Assembly (NCBI GenBank): GCA_963805975.1
Contig: CAWDVR010000003.1
Location: 352,001 to 416,000, forward strand
Source: an uncultured Acidobacteriota bacterium
GTDB taxonomy: Bacteria; Acidobacteriota; Thermoanaerobaculia; Multivoradales; SZUA-115
DNA: 64,000 nucleotides
Direction of reading: 5' to 3'
Part shown: in pieces, positions 12,028 to 22,225 of the stretch
Layout of the letters: every line of letters begins with the position of its first letter
Position numbering within the stretch: the first letter of the stretch is position 1
Translations under genes and position numbers: made by a program
The notes under the pieces: generated by a model
Databases searched by the model: none
What the model was told of the DNA's origin: nothing
What the model saw: only the letters and a program-made list of their open reading frames with translations

Positions 12028-15000
12028 AAGGAGACCAGGAGCCCCAACTGGGCTTGGCCGTACTCGAGGTCCGGCGAGGCCGTCAGGGCCGAGTGGTAGT
12101 TGTAGGTCACCTCGAAGGCGAAGCGAGGGCCTGCCGGAACGCTGAGGCCGAGGCCGAGGTTGCCGCCGGCCTCGAACTGGCCGAGATCGAAGTGATAGAG
12201 GCCGAGACCGCCGTTCAGGAACACGCGGACCGGCGCCGCCGGGTTGAGGGTGAACTTCGCGTTGGCCGAGAGTGTCGCGAGGTCGGTGTCGGGGTTGGCC
12301 GCCCGCCCGTCGAAACGCGAGAGGCCGAGCCGCACGTCCCACGCCCACCGCGGCAGGAAGGGGTAGACGAAGTCGAGGTTGAGAGTCGAGCCCTGCCTGG
12401 CGACGCTGTGCAGCGCGCCGTGGGGGCTGACCAGGCCGGCGTGGAGGCTCAAGAAGGGCGGCGTTCTGGCGGTCAGCGTGCGGCTCACGACCGGGGTGTC
12501 CGGGTCGTTGCTGGTGATGGTGAGGCCGCAGCTCTTGAAGCCCGGCAGCACGGGAGTGAAGCCCACGACCAGGTCCAGGCAGGAGCCCGGAGCCAGGACG
12601 GCGGGGAAGGGGTTGCTGACCAGCGTGAAGTCTGCGCAGCCACCCGCCGCCGAGGTGACCGAGAGGCTGCAGCCGCCGGTGTTGCAGACCGCGAGCGTCC
12701 TTTCCGCCGGCGTCCACGCGGAGGCCACGCCGAAGTCCGTGGAGCCGGTGACCCGGATGTCGGGCTCGGTGCCGCTGCCGCTGACCAGGACCGTGACGTT
12801 GGGGGTGGCCGGGTCGTTGCTCGGGATCGTCAGGGTCGCCGATTGCGGCCCGGTGGCAGTGGGGTTGAACACCGCCTGGAAGGGGAAGCAGGAGCCCGGG
12901 ACGACCGTCACCGGATAGCCGGAGGAGGGCATGGTCACGGAGAAGCTCGGGTTCGACGAGGTGATCGCCGAGACGATCAGGTTGCTCGTGCCCGTGTTGC
13001 AGACATCGAGCGTCCCCGCGGCCGCCGTTCCCGCGCAGGTGGCTCCGAGGTCGAGATTGCCCGGCACCTGGATCTGGGGCACCATCGCGGGCGTCACCGA
13101 CAGGCAGGGAGTCGGAGCCGAGGCGCACGCCTCGTTGCCGCTCGCGTGGGCGATGGCCTGGTAGAAGTAGGCGGTGCCGTTGGCGACAGCGTTGTCGATC
13201 TGCGTGCCGCCCGCGAAGTCGTCGGCGAACTTGACGAAGCCGGCGTTGCAGCCGATCTCGTTGCGGAAGAGGTCGAAAACGCCGCTGCCGGAGACGTTGA
13301 CCGTGACCGAGTGGTTGCCCGGGGCAAGGGTCAGGGTCGGCGTGGGAGGGGGCGTGCAGCCCGCGAAGGTCACGCCCGCGCCGGGGTCGGCGGCACAGGC
13401 GATGCCGTGGCGGTTGAAGGCGGCGAAAAGTGCTGCGCCATGCGGCGTGCCGTTGGTGAGGTCGCCGTCGTCGTCATCGAAGAATCGCATGGTTTTCCAC
13501 CAGGAGCCGAGGTTGCAGCCGTTGCTGGTGAAAGTCGGGCCGGGGGTGCAGGAAAAGGCGCTGGTCGACGTGCTGCGCGAGCGGTACCAGAGCCGCTCGG
13601 CGACCGCCCAGGCGGCGTTCGAGCCGGGGCTCGGCAGATCGCGGTTGGCGAAGTCCCAGATCGCCTGGGAGGGGACGTAGGACTCGCAGTGCACCTCCCG
13701 GCCGCACGGACCGCCACCACCGCCGCAATTGGGCTGGGTGAAGTTGGCGACCGTTGCCGGCGTGTTCGAGGCGTGCCGGGCAAAGTCGAGCTCGCGCAGA
13801 CCGGTGCAGGAGGTGCAGGCGTCTCCATAGCCCGTGCAGTTGGTCAACCAGAAGCCGGGGCCGACGCAGGAATCATGCAGGATCATCGCCGCCGTGACGT
13901 CGCCGTAGGCCTCGCCGGTCCCGGCCTCGGAGCCCGAGCCGTCGTTCTGGTCCACCCCGTGCCCGAACTCGTGCAGGATGAAGCCCGGCTCCTCGCCGCT
14001 CGCGCCGCACGATCCCCCGACCGCCTGAAAGAGGTCGATGGTCGAGCCATTCCAAAAGCCGTTGCAGGTGCCGGTGCGGTTGACGTTGGTGGTGAGCTGG
14101 CCATTGACGAAAGCATTGGCGGGAAACCAGCCGCGGACGATCTCCTTGCCGCGGTTCAGGTTGTAGAAGGAGGTGCGTGAGGAGCGGGTGTTGCCGGCCC
14201 CGCCGCCACCGGGGGTCACACAGTTCGAGCCGGCGGCGGTTCCGAAGAGGAGGTTGCCGGAACCATCGGTAGTGAGCGAGACCGCTCCACAAGTGTCGAC
14301 GATGCGCACGAACTGGCCGTTCAGAGTGGAGGTGAGGGGCGCGGCCGAAAAGGTATAGAGCCCGGCCGAGCCGGTGAAGGCGCCTGCCCCGAGGTCGGCG
14401 AACGGCACGGGTCGCACGACCTCGGTCCCGGCCGCGGTGTTCGACGCCGCGCCACCGGTCGCCTGGGCGGCCGGGTAGTCGTTGATGTCCACGAGCTCGA
14501 GCAGCTTGCCGGTGGCGGCGTCGACGCGCGCCCGCCAGGTTCCGAGGACGCCTTCGCGGCGAAAGACGAACTGCCAGACCTTGACCAGCTCGCGGCCCTT
14601 GCTGGGCTCGAAGCCGCCGCCCTGTTGCGCGTCGCCGACGTTGGCCGGCAGCAGATGGAGACTCCCGGCATCGAGGATCTGGTCGCGCGAGGTCAGGCCG
14701 CCGATGTACTTCACCATCACCGCCTTGGCCTGCTCGCGGTCGAGCTTGGTGGGCGGGACCGGGGTGCCCGGAGATGGCAGGTTCTCGCTGCCGAACTGCA
14801 CCAGGTTGCCGTTGTTGACCCGGAACACGACGCGCGCGCCCTCGACCACGAGCCCTTCGCGCACGAGGTCGAAGTCCACCAGCCAGAGGTGATCGGCGAC
14901 CTGCCCGGAGCGGCCCTGGTTCAGAGCCAGGTCCTGGCCCTCGACGCCGAGGAGCGGCGCCAGTCGCCCGAGCTCGCGGCGTGCGATGGCCTCGAGAGCC

Positions 15001-15347
15001 GCCAGCCTGGTCTCCCGGCCCTCGGCAGCGGGTAGAGAGTTGCCGGCGCCGGGGATCCAGGCGACGCCACTCCCCTCGGCGGAGGCGATCAGGCCGTTGC
15101 GCTCGTCGACCAGAGCCTTCCAGTCGGCCGTGGGGCCGCGGCGAAACGCCGTCCAGCCCTGCTGGGCGGTGGAGAGGGCGGCGCTCGGTCTTTCCTCGAG
15201 CGGCACGATCGGCTGGGAGGGGATGAGCTTCTCGCTGCGCAATACGAGGCGCGACAAGAGGCTGTCGGATGGCTTCAGTATCTGGGCGGCCACCGGGCCG
15301 CTCGCCGCGATGGCGATCGCCAGAACGCCTGCAGTGTACCGGCGCAT
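12024..15347 (-). CDS. Secreted zinc metalloprotease (M4/M36-like) with propeptide, Ig-like (choice-of-anchor D-like) repeats and a C-terminal outer-membrane beta-barrel
   Basis: Signal peptide MRRYTAGVLAIAIAASGPVAA; PepSY-like ARVDAATGKLL; HEFGH...GEAYGD; two LTI.SNDP.TP repeats; amphipathic strands ending in ...LGLLVSF; SD GGAGGAG. Confidence 0.8.
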   Translation of the reverse strand: MRRYTAGVLAIAIAASGPVAAQILKPSDSLLSRLVLRSEKLIPSQPIVPLEERPSAALSTAQQGWTAFRRGPTADWKALVDERNGLIASAEGSGVAWIPGAGNSLPAAEGRETRLAALEAIARRELGRLAPLLGVEGQDLALNQGRSGQVADHLWLVDFDLVREGLVVEGARVVFRVNNGNLVQFGSENLPSPGTPVPPTKLDREQAKAVMVKYIGGLTSRDQILDAGSLHLLPANVGDAQQGGGFEPSKGRELVKVWQFVFRREGVLGTWRARVDAATGKLLELVDINDYPAAQATGGAASNTAAGTEVVRPVPFADLGAGAFTGSAGLYTFSAAPLTSTLNGQFVRIVDTCGAVSLTTDGSGNLLFGTAAGSNCVTPGGGGAGNTRSSRTSFYNLNRGKEIVRGWFPANAFVNGQLTTNVNRTGTCNGFWNGSTIDLFQAVGGSCGASGEEPGFILHEFGHGVDQNDGSGSEAGTGEAYGDVTAAMILHDSCVGPGFWLTNCTGYGDACTSCTGLRELDFARHASNTPATVANFTQPNCGGGGGPCGREVHCESYVPSQAIWDFANRDLPSPGSNAAWAVAERLWYRSRSTSTSAFSCTPGPTFTSNGCNLGSWWKTMRFFDDDDGDLTNGTPHGAALFAAFNRHGIACAADPGAGVTFAGCTPPPTPTLTLAPGNHSVTVNVSGSGVFDLFRNEIGCNAGFVKFADDFAGGTQIDNAVANGTAYFYQAIAHASGNEACASAPTPCLSVTPAMVPQIQVPGNLDLGATCAGTAAAGTLDVCNTGTSNLIVSAITSSNPSFSVTMPSSGYPVTVVPGSCFPFQAVFNPTATGPQSATLTIPSNDPATPNVTVLVSGSGTEPDIRVTGSTDFGVASAWTPAERTLAVCNTGGCSLSVTSAAGGCADFTLVSNPFPAVLAPGSCLDLVVGFTPVLPGFKSCGLTITSNDPDTPVVSRTLTARTPPFLSLHAGLVSPHGALHSVARQGSTLNLDFVYPFLPRWAWDVRLGLSRFDGRAANPDTDLATLSANAKFTLNPAAPVRVFLNGGLGLYHFDLGQFEAGGNLGLGLSVPAGPRFAFEVTYNYHSALTASPDLEYGQAQLGLLVSF

Positions 15348-15463
15348 GATTCTCCTCCGTTTTCCAGTGAACGAGGCCGGCTCGCGCCTCGTGCTCAGGA
15401 TAGGCCGCCGGAGAATCGGATTGTTACTATGTGTGGACTTAAACCACCGCGGCGATCTCGGGT

Positions 15464-17602
15464 CTACCGCGGCGTCGCGTCCGGCAAACCCCCGTCGACG
15501 GGCAGCGTCGCACCCGTGGTCGGTGTCTGGCGAGTGGCGAAGAAGAGCACGGCGTTGCCCACGTGGCGGGCGGTGACGCGCGCCCGCAGCAGGTTGCGGC
15601 CGCGGTAGAAGTCCTCGAGCCCGGCCTGGTCGAGGCCGCGGGCCTTCATCCGCGCCGGGCCGACCTCGGCCCACAGGCCGGACCTGCGCTCGCCTTCACC
15701 GAACACCGCGTCCGGCGCCACCATGTTGACGCGCACGCCGATCTCGGCGAGCTCGAGGCTGGCGACCCTCGCGAGCTGGTGCGCCGCTGCCTTGGTGGCG
15801 CTGTAGGCGCCGAAGGAGGCGCCGGGGGCGGACACGTTCTTGGTGGAGACCAGCACCACGTCGCCGCCCATTGCCTGCCGGCGGAAGAAGCGCGCCGCCT
15901 CGGCGAGCACGTGGAGCGTGCCCTCCACGTTGATGCGCTCGAGGCGACGGAACGCTTCCAGGTCCAGCTCCTCGAGCGTCGCTACGTGCGCGGCGCCGGC
16001 GTTGGCCACGACCAGGTCGACCCCCCCCCAGGCGCACGCCACGGCCGCGAGGCCGGCCGCCACGGAGGCCGGGTCGGTGACGTCCATCGCCTCGGCCAGC
16101 ACCTGGTGCGGAAAGTCGGCCGCCAGCTCGGCGGCGAGCGAGTCGAGCGCCGGACCGGGCAGATCGGTGGCGGCCACGCAGGCGCCCGCTTCGAGGAGCA
16201 CCCGGCAAATGCCCGAGCCGATGGCGCCCGCCGCGCCGGTGACCAGTGCGATCGAGCCCGCCAGCACAACCTGGCCGCTCGGAGGGGCGGCCCTCCCGGC
16301 CCCCTCTCCTCCGAGCTTCGCCTGCTGCATGCCGCGGTGCTGCATGGCCACCAGGTGCTCGTCTTCGAGGCCCTGGTACACGGCCCCGGCGGATTCGATC
16401 GCGGCTTTCACGGCGAGCGTGTGCGCCGTGATGTCGCGGGCGATCTCGGCCTCGCGCGCGGTGCGGCCGACGCAGAGGGCGCCGACACCGGGGACCAGCA
16501 CGACCCGGGGCAGGAGATCGGCGTCGGTCAGCTCGGCGGCGCGTCCCGGCACATGCTGCTGGATGAGGTTGTGCTCTGCCACCGCCTGCCGGGCCACGGC
16601 CTCGTTCAGCCGCTCGCACCACCGGCCAGAGCCTTCCGCCTCGACCTCGAGCCACAGCGGCAGCCGGCCGACGCGGATCAGGTGGTCGGCGGTGAGCGGC
16701 GGCGTGACCAGCAGCTCTCGCGCGCCGGGGAGGGCGAGCGTCGAGAGCGTGGCCTCGTCGCGGAGAACACGCAGCACGCGGCGCGCGAACGGCCGATCCG
16801 GGTCGCCGGTGGCCGGCGAGAGCGCGCTCCGCACGAGCGGCGCGATCTCGGCGAGGGGTGCCTGCCGCTCGGCCGCGTCAGGCCCGGGTGCGTTTTTTCC
16901 GGACCTCGGCGTACGCCGCGTACGTTCGAGGAAGCGCTCGGCCCGCGTCACCAGCTCGACCGTCCGCTCGTAGCTCTCTCGCGCCGTCTCGCCCCAGGTC
17001 ACCAAGCCGTGCTTCGCCCACACCATGCCCATCGCCTCCGGCCGTGCCTCGAAGGCGGCGATCGTGGCCTGCGCCAGCTCGAGGCCCGGCGTCACGTAGG
17101 GCAGGACGATCACCTCGCCGCCCAGCGCCTCTCTGGCCACGGCCTCGCCGCCGGGCCGGTTGGTGAGCGCGAGGACGGCGTCGGCGTGGGTGTGGTCCAC
17201 GAAACGGCCGGGCAGGAGGGCGTGCACCGGCGCCTCGATCGAGGGTGTGGGCGCGCGCGGGTCGAGGAGGCTCGAGCGCAGCAAGGCGGCGAGCCGGTCG
17301 TCGTCCACGGGCTCGGTATGGCGCAGGCGGCGGAGCAGGGCGAGATCGCACGCCGGGTGGCCGGAGGGCTCGATCGCCGCGAGATCGAACCCCGACGCCT
17401 TGATGTAGAGCGCTTCCACCTCATCGCCCAGGAGATTGCGCACCACCGCCTTGACCGAGGTATTGCCGCCGCCATGGAGCACGAGCGCCGGCTCGGCACC
17501 CAGGAGCCGCGCCGAGTAGGCACGCAGCGCCAATGCTTCGCCCAGAGCGGCAAAGCGCTCTAAGAACGCGACGGCTTCCTCGTCGGACCAGCGGTCGTCC
17601 AC
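15464..17602 (-). CDS. Bifunctional class II aldolase / short-chain dehydrogenase (RhaD-SDR type)
   Basis: LVLHGGGNTSVK, IKASG, PSIE..HA, DHTHAD; TGAAGAIG, NAG, YSATK, LPVDGG. Confidence 0.92.
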   Translation of the reverse strand: MDDRWSDEEAVAFLERFAALGEALALRAYSARLLGAEPALVLHGGGNTSVKAVVRNLLGDEVEALYIKASGFDLAAIEPSGHPACDLALLRRLRHTEPVDDDRLAALLRSSLLDPRAPTPSIEAPVHALLPGRFVDHTHADAVLALTNRPGGEAVAREALGGEVIVLPYVTPGLELAQATIAAFEARPEAMGMVWAKHGLVTWGETARESYERTVELVTRAERFLERTRRTPRSGKNAPGPDAAERQAPLAEIAPLVRSALSPATGDPDRPFARRVLRVLRDEATLSTLALPGARELLVTPPLTADHLIRVGRLPLWLEVEAEGSGRWCERLNEAVARQAVAEHNLIQQHVPGRAAELTDADLLPRVVLVPGVGALCVGRTAREAEIARDITAHTLAVKAAIESAGAVYQGLEDEHLVAMQHRGMQQAKLGGEGAGRAAPPSGQVVLAGSIALVTGAAGAIGSGICRVLLEAGACVAATDLPGPALDSLAAELAADFPHQVLAEAMDVTDPASVAAGLAAVACAWGGVDLVVANAGAAHVATLEELDLEAFRRLERINVEGTLHVLAEAARFFRRQAMGGDVVLVSTKNVSAPGASFGAYSATKAAAHQLARVASLELAEIGVRVNMVAPDAVFGEGERRSGLWAEVGPARMKARGLDQAGLEDFYRGRNLLRARVTARHVGNAVLFFATRQTPTTGATLPVDGGLPDATPR

Positions 17603-17603
17603 G

Positions 17604-20381
17604 CTACCTCTGCTTCCACCAGCTCTCGAACCACTCTCGCGGTTTGAGGAGCTTGAAGTCCCGCTTGCCGTCGCGGAGCTCGATACCCACCGCCAGGTCG
17701 CCGTAGGTGAGGAAGAGGTCGCCTTCCTTGGTGCCGGCCGCGAAGCGCAGGCGCGAGGCGAGGGTCATCTTGTCCGAGGTGACCTCGAGCGGATCGACGG
17801 TCACCGTGGCGCCGTCGACCCGTACGCCGGCCTTGGCCTTGACGCCCTCGACCAGCAGCACGTCGCTGAACCAGCGCAGATAGCGCCGGCGCTGGGCGAA
17901 GAGCGCCAGGAAGGGCCCCGAGTCCTTCATCTCCGCCTCGATCGCGCCGTCGAAGCCGATCGGCTGGCCCATCACCAGCGACGCGTCCGGCAGCTCGACC
18001 TGGGCCCACCAGGGATGGACGGGCTCCTCCGCGTCGTCGGTCAGCTCGTAGTAGGTCGCCGGCTGCAGGGTGAGGCGGGTGCCGTCGAGGTCGAAGCGGC
18101 GCTCGAGGAGGGCCGAGCTGGCGAGCGGCGCTTCGAGGCGGAGGCGCCCGCCCAGCACCAGGTCGTGCATCCTGAGCCGCGCCGAGTCCGAGGCGAAGGA
18201 GAGCTCGCCCTTGCCGGTGTTGTCCGTGCCCTCGAGCTCGAGATGCAGGCGGACGCTTCCCGTGCCCGGCAGCAGGACGACGTCCACGCCGGGGGGCAGC
18301 AGCGCGTTGTAGGCCGAGAGGTCGGGGAGCGAGGCCCGCGGCAGGTCGATCACCGCGTGCAGGTCCCCCGGCTTGGCTCCGAGGCGGACGGCCTCCGCCG
18401 AGGAGACCTCGACCGTGAGCCCGTCGCCCTCGAGGAAGCGCTTGCCGCGCCCCGGCTCCGTGCCGTCCTCGACGGCGAAGCGGTCGAGCCGGGCGCTGAG
18501 GTCCAGCCGTGGGGCCTTTCCCGCGGCCTCGACCTGGGCCTCGATGCGGCCGCGGCCACGGGCCACGGCGCCCAGCACCTGGGCCTCGATGGCCGCCGCC
18601 TCCACGCTCAGCCGGCTGCCGGGCGCGAGGCTGCCACGGTCGAGGGTCAGGTTCGCCGCCAGGAGCCCGCGCCCCTGGAGACCCAGCCAGCGGGCGCGCT
18701 CGAAGTAGCTGCGCAGGAAGCCGAGGCTCGCCACCTCGGCGCGGATGCCGGTGGTGCCGGAGACCGCGGCCAGGGCCTCGGCGAGCGACGACTGGCTGTA
18801 ATCGAACCCTTCGGCCCGGCCGTCGATCTCGAAGGCGACGTCCTTTGCCACCACCGCCTGGCCGTCGAGCAGGCGGCCCGCGGGCAGGCTGAAGACGGCA
18901 TGCTCGACCTCCATCCGCCCCCCGGTCTCGAGCGTGAAGCTGGCCTCCGCCTCGGCCGCGCCTTCGAGCGAGAGCTGGTCGAGGCCGAGATTCTCGAAGC
19001 CCTTGAGCCGGGTATCCGTGAAGCGCACGGACCAGGGCCTCTGGGCGGCCGGCGGCGGCTCGGCCTCCTCTTCGGCCACCGTCAGGTGCGCCGAAACACC
19101 CTCGCCCAGCATGCCCTCCACCACCAGGTCCCGGCGCAGGAAGGCGCCCAGGTCCAGCCGCCCGCCGGCGCGGTCGACCGCCAGCCGGGTGGTGAGGCGG
19201 CGCCCCACGAGGTGGAGGCGCAGGTCCTCGGCCAGGAACTCGCCGGCAATGTAGGCCTTCTCCGGGTCTCCGTCCTCGGCGCGGATCTCCCGTACCTGGC
19301 CGAAGATGCGGGAGAGGCGGGTCTCGGTGCTGGCGGTCGCAATGCGGAAGGTGCGGCAGGCGAGGAGCGGCGGCTGGCCCTCGCGCGGCCCGATCTCGAA
19401 GCCCTGCGAGTCGATGGCGATCTTGAGCAGCGGCTGGCCCGCGACCTCGGCCACCGAGCCCACGGCGGTCAGCGGATAGCTGCCGCGCGCGTTCCACGAG
19501 AAGCGGGTGCCCGGCACCAGGCGGCCGTCCTCGGCCCGGAGGTCGGCGTCGAAAGCCCCGGTTTCCTCCACCGGAGCGCCACCCACGTTCCCGGCCGGGC
19601 CCGGCGCGAGCACCGCGGACAACTGCCCGTGGGCCGTCAGCCTCCCGGAGAGGAACTCGAGGCCGAGCGCGCCGGGGTGCTCCCGCGGCACGTAGGGCGC
19701 GAGGCTCGCCTCGACCGCCAGCTCGAGGTCCCTAGCCAGCTCGCCGTTCCGGGCCTCGAACCGGGAACCCGCCATCTCGAGCCTGCCGTCCTCGACGCTG
19801 ACCTCGCCGGCCGCGGACCGGAAGCCGCCGCTCGCCCGGCCGTCGCCCTCGATGCGGGTGGCGCCGATCGCGATCTCGCGCACGCCGGTGAAGGCCATGG
19901 CGGGCAGGTCGACCGTCCAGCGCTTGCGCTTGGGCCGCTGCGGAGCCTGCTCTCCCGCGCCCTCGGGCAGGCGGTCGATGTCCACCCGCACGCCCTCGCC
20001 GGAAATGTGGGTCACCCGCACGCGACGCGCCACGAGGTCCGCGAGATGGATCGTGCCGCGGCCGCGCTCGATGGTCGCCGACCAGTCGACCCGCCGGTTG
20101 CGCCCCCGGATCTCGACCCCCCGGACCTCGAAGCGGCCGGGCCAGACGCTGGTGCCCGAGTCCCAGTGAAGCTGCACCTTGCGCGGCTCGCTCCGCCAGC
20201 CGCCGTTGACCACCCAGGGACCGAGGTCGGAATTGAGGAAGAGGCTCGCGCCGGTGAGGTAGAGCAGCGCCAGGCTGACCGCGGAGAGAACGATGCAGAG
20301 CACCGCCCACCACCGGCGCCGCGGCCGGCGCGTCGCGGGAAGCGCCTGGGCCGGCGGTGGCGCTGGCGGCACTTCTTTCAC
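17604..20381 (-). CDS. Large membrane-anchored, beta-rich periplasmic protein (AsmA-like by inference)
   Basis: GTG 20381 after SD GGAG; one N-terminal TM, then ~900 aa of alternating beta pattern with an internal duplication. Confidence 0.6.
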   Translation of the reverse strand: MKEVPPAPPPAQALPATRRPRRRWWAVLCIVLSAVSLALLYLTGASLFLNSDLGPWVVNGGWRSEPRKVQLHWDSGTSVWPGRFEVRGVEIRGRNRRVDWSATIERGRGTIHLADLVARRVRVTHISGEGVRVDIDRLPEGAGEQAPQRPKRKRWTVDLPAMAFTGVREIAIGATRIEGDGRASGGFRSAAGEVSVEDGRLEMAGSRFEARNGELARDLELAVEASLAPYVPREHPGALGLEFLSGRLTAHGQLSAVLAPGPAGNVGGAPVEETGAFDADLRAEDGRLVPGTRFSWNARGSYPLTAVGSVAEVAGQPLLKIAIDSQGFEIGPREGQPPLLACRTFRIATASTETRLSRIFGQVREIRAEDGDPEKAYIAGEFLAEDLRLHLVGRRLTTRLAVDRAGGRLDLGAFLRRDLVVEGMLGEGVSAHLTVAEEEAEPPPAAQRPWSVRFTDTRLKGFENLGLDQLSLEGAAEAEASFTLETGGRMEVEHAVFSLPAGRLLDGQAVVAKDVAFEIDGRAEGFDYSQSSLAEALAAVSGTTGIRAEVASLGFLRSYFERARWLGLQGRGLLAANLTLDRGSLAPGSRLSVEAAAIEAQVLGAVARGRGRIEAQVEAAGKAPRLDLSARLDRFAVEDGTEPGRGKRFLEGDGLTVEVSSAEAVRLGAKPGDLHAVIDLPRASLPDLSAYNALLPPGVDVVLLPGTGSVRLHLELEGTDNTGKGELSFASDSARLRMHDLVLGGRLRLEAPLASSALLERRFDLDGTRLTLQPATYYELTDDAEEPVHPWWAQVELPDASLVMGQPIGFDGAIEAEMKDSGPFLALFAQRRRYLRWFSDVLLVEGVKAKAGVRVDGATVTVDPLEVTSDKMTLASRLRFAAGTKEGDLFLTYGDLAVGIELRDGKRDFKLLKPREWFESWWKQR

Positions 20382-20389
20382 CCTCGCTC

Positions 20390-21271
20390 CTAGCTGCCGC
20401 CCGCCGGCTGCCGGAGAAGCTCGTAGGCTTCCTCCGGGCTGGCGCTCTCGTGGACCACCTTGCGTACCGCCTGGATCATGGCGGCAGGGTTGGCCGCCTG
20501 GAAGATGTTGCGGCCCATGTCCACCCCGGCCGCGCCCTCGGCCACCGCGCGGGCCGCGAGGCGCAGGGCCTCGAGCTCGGGGAGCTTCTTGCCGCCGGCG
20601 ATGACGATCGGCACCGGGCAGCCGGCGGCCACCGTGTCGAAGCCCTCCTCGACGTAGTAGGTCTTGACGTAGGTGGCGCCCAGCTCGGCGCAGATCCGGG
20701 TGGCGAGCCGCATGTAGCGCGCGTCGCGGACCAGCTCCCGGCCCACGGCGGTGACCGCCAGCACCGCCACGCCGTAGCGCTGCGCGGCGTCGACCAGGCG
20801 CGTCAGGTTGTGGACCGACTGGGTCTCGTGCTCGCCGCCGATGAAGACCTGCACCGCGAGCGCCGCGGCATGGAGGCGCAGCGCGTCCTCGATCGAGAGC
20901 GCGAGCTGCTCGTTCGACAGCTCCTTGAGGATCGACGGCCCGCCGCTCGCCCGCAGCACCAGCCCGCCACGGTAGGTGGGCGGGATCACCGAGCGCAGGA
21001 TGCCGCGGGTGAGCATCAGCGTGTCCGCCCAGGGGATGAGCGGCACGATCGACAGGTCCACCCGCTCGAGGCCGGTGGTCGGCCCCTGGAAGTAGCCGTG
21101 GTCGAAGGCCAGCATCACCGTGCGGCCCGTGACCGGGTCGAAGATCGAGGACAGGCGGTTCTTGAGGCCCCAGTCGAGGTGCTGGCACCCCTTCAAGAAG
21201 AAGGGCTCGCTCCTCTGCGGCACCTCGACGGCGAAATCCTTGTCAGCTTGGCGATCGTCGGCTTCGGGCAT
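20390..21271 (-). CDS. lsrF: LsrF-type class I aldolase-fold thiolase
   Basis: [12 protein letters not shown]....[47 protein letters not shown]. Confidence 0.93.
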   Translation of the reverse strand: MPEADDRQADKDFAVEVPQRSEPFFLKGCQHLDWGLKNRLSSIFDPVTGRTVMLAFDHGYFQGPTTGLERVDLSIVPLIPWADTLMLTRGILRSVIPPTYRGGLVLRASGGPSILKELSNEQLALSIEDALRLHAAALAVQVFIGGEHETQSVHNLTRLVDAAQRYGVAVLAVTAVGRELVRDARYMRLATRICAELGATYVKTYYVEEGFDTVAAGCPVPIVIAGGKKLPELEALRLAARAVAEGAAGVDMGRNIFQAANPAAMIQAVRKVVHESASPEEAYELLRQPAGGS

Positions 21272-21377
21272 GGGGGCTCCAACGGACGAACGGCAGGCTA
21301 GCGGATGCCTCCCGAGGCCGCAAGCCCCATCTCCCTCTGCTACCGTAGCCGCGGCGGGTGCAATGAGGAGAACGGCG

Positions 21378-22178
21378 ATGAAGGGAGCGCTCCTGATCGC
21401 GGGTGCGGTGCTGCTCATCGCGCTCGCGTGCCGCGCCTCGGTGGGCGGCGGCTCGGAGGCCGGGAGCCGCTTCGCGAAGCGGACCGTGGTCGTCGGGGGA
21501 ACGAGCTACCCCTACCAGGTCTTCGTGCCGCCGGGCCTTGTGGCCGGCCCACGGCCCCCGGTCATCCTCTTTCTCCACGGCTCGGGCGAACGCGGCACGG
21601 ACGGCGAGCGCCAGACCCGGGTGGGCCTGGGGCCGGCGGTCCGCAAGCGAGCTGAGACCTTCCCCGCCCTGGTCGTCTTTCCCCAGGCGCCGCCGGACAC
21701 TCTGTGGAGCGGTCCGCCAGCGCAGGCCGCGATCCAGGCCCTCGACGGGGCGCTCGAGGAGTTTCGCGGCGATCCCGACCGCGTCTATCTCACCGGCGTC
21801 TCGATGGGAGGCTACGGCACCTTCGAGCTGGCTCTCGCGTATCCAAGTCGCTTCGCGGCGCTGGTGCCGGTGTGCGGCGGCCTCCTGCCCCCGCCCAGGC
21901 ATCCCGGCCTTCGCGTCGCCGCCATTCCCGCGGGCGAGAGCGATCCCTACACCTACGTCGCCTCACGCCTCACCGCCCTGCCCGTGTGGCTCTTCCACGG
22001 CGAAGACGACGGCTCGGTCCCGGTCACCGAGTCCCGGCAGCTCGCCGCGGCGCTCGAGAAGGCCGGCGCACCGGTCCGCTACACCGAGTACCCCGGCGTG
22101 GGCCACGGCTCCTGGGACCCGGCCTACGCCGAGCCGGGTCTCTGGGAGTGGCTGTTCGGCGAGCGGCGAAAGCGTTAG
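21378..22178 (+). CDS. Secreted alpha/beta hydrolase (predicted peptidase/esterase)
   Basis: [17 protein letters not shown] nucleophile, FHGEDD, GVGHGSW. Confidence 0.88.
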   Translation: MKGALLIAGAVLLIALACRASVGGGSEAGSRFAKRTVVVGGTSYPYQVFVPPGLVAGPRPPVILFLHGSGERGTDGERQTRVGLGPAVRKRAETFPALVVFPQAPPDTLWSGPPAQAAIQALDGALEEFRGDPDRVYLTGVSMGGYGTFELALAYPSRFAALVPVCGGLLPPPRHPGLRVAAIPAGESDPYTYVASRLTALPVWLFHGEDDGSVPVTESRQLAAALEKAGAPVRYTEYPGVGHGSWDPAYAEPGLWEWLFGERRKR

Positions 22179-22225
22179 AACGCCGCCGTGTCGGCGACGC
22201 TGGCGAAGCGTCCTACCCGCGGGGC

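Noticed and set aside
9450-14180. 1576-aa plus-strand ORF and many other long overlapping ORFs (e.g. 6845-8965 -, 18015-20393 +, 42646-44853 -, 53021-55387 -)
   Set aside because: Shadow frames of real genes: Arg/Pro/Gly-rich or antisense translations expected at this GC content, with no family motifs
17604-21188. Fusion of the lsrF region to the AsmA-like ORF
   Set aside because: The upstream part is an off-frame read of lsrF; an SD and GTG exist at 20381
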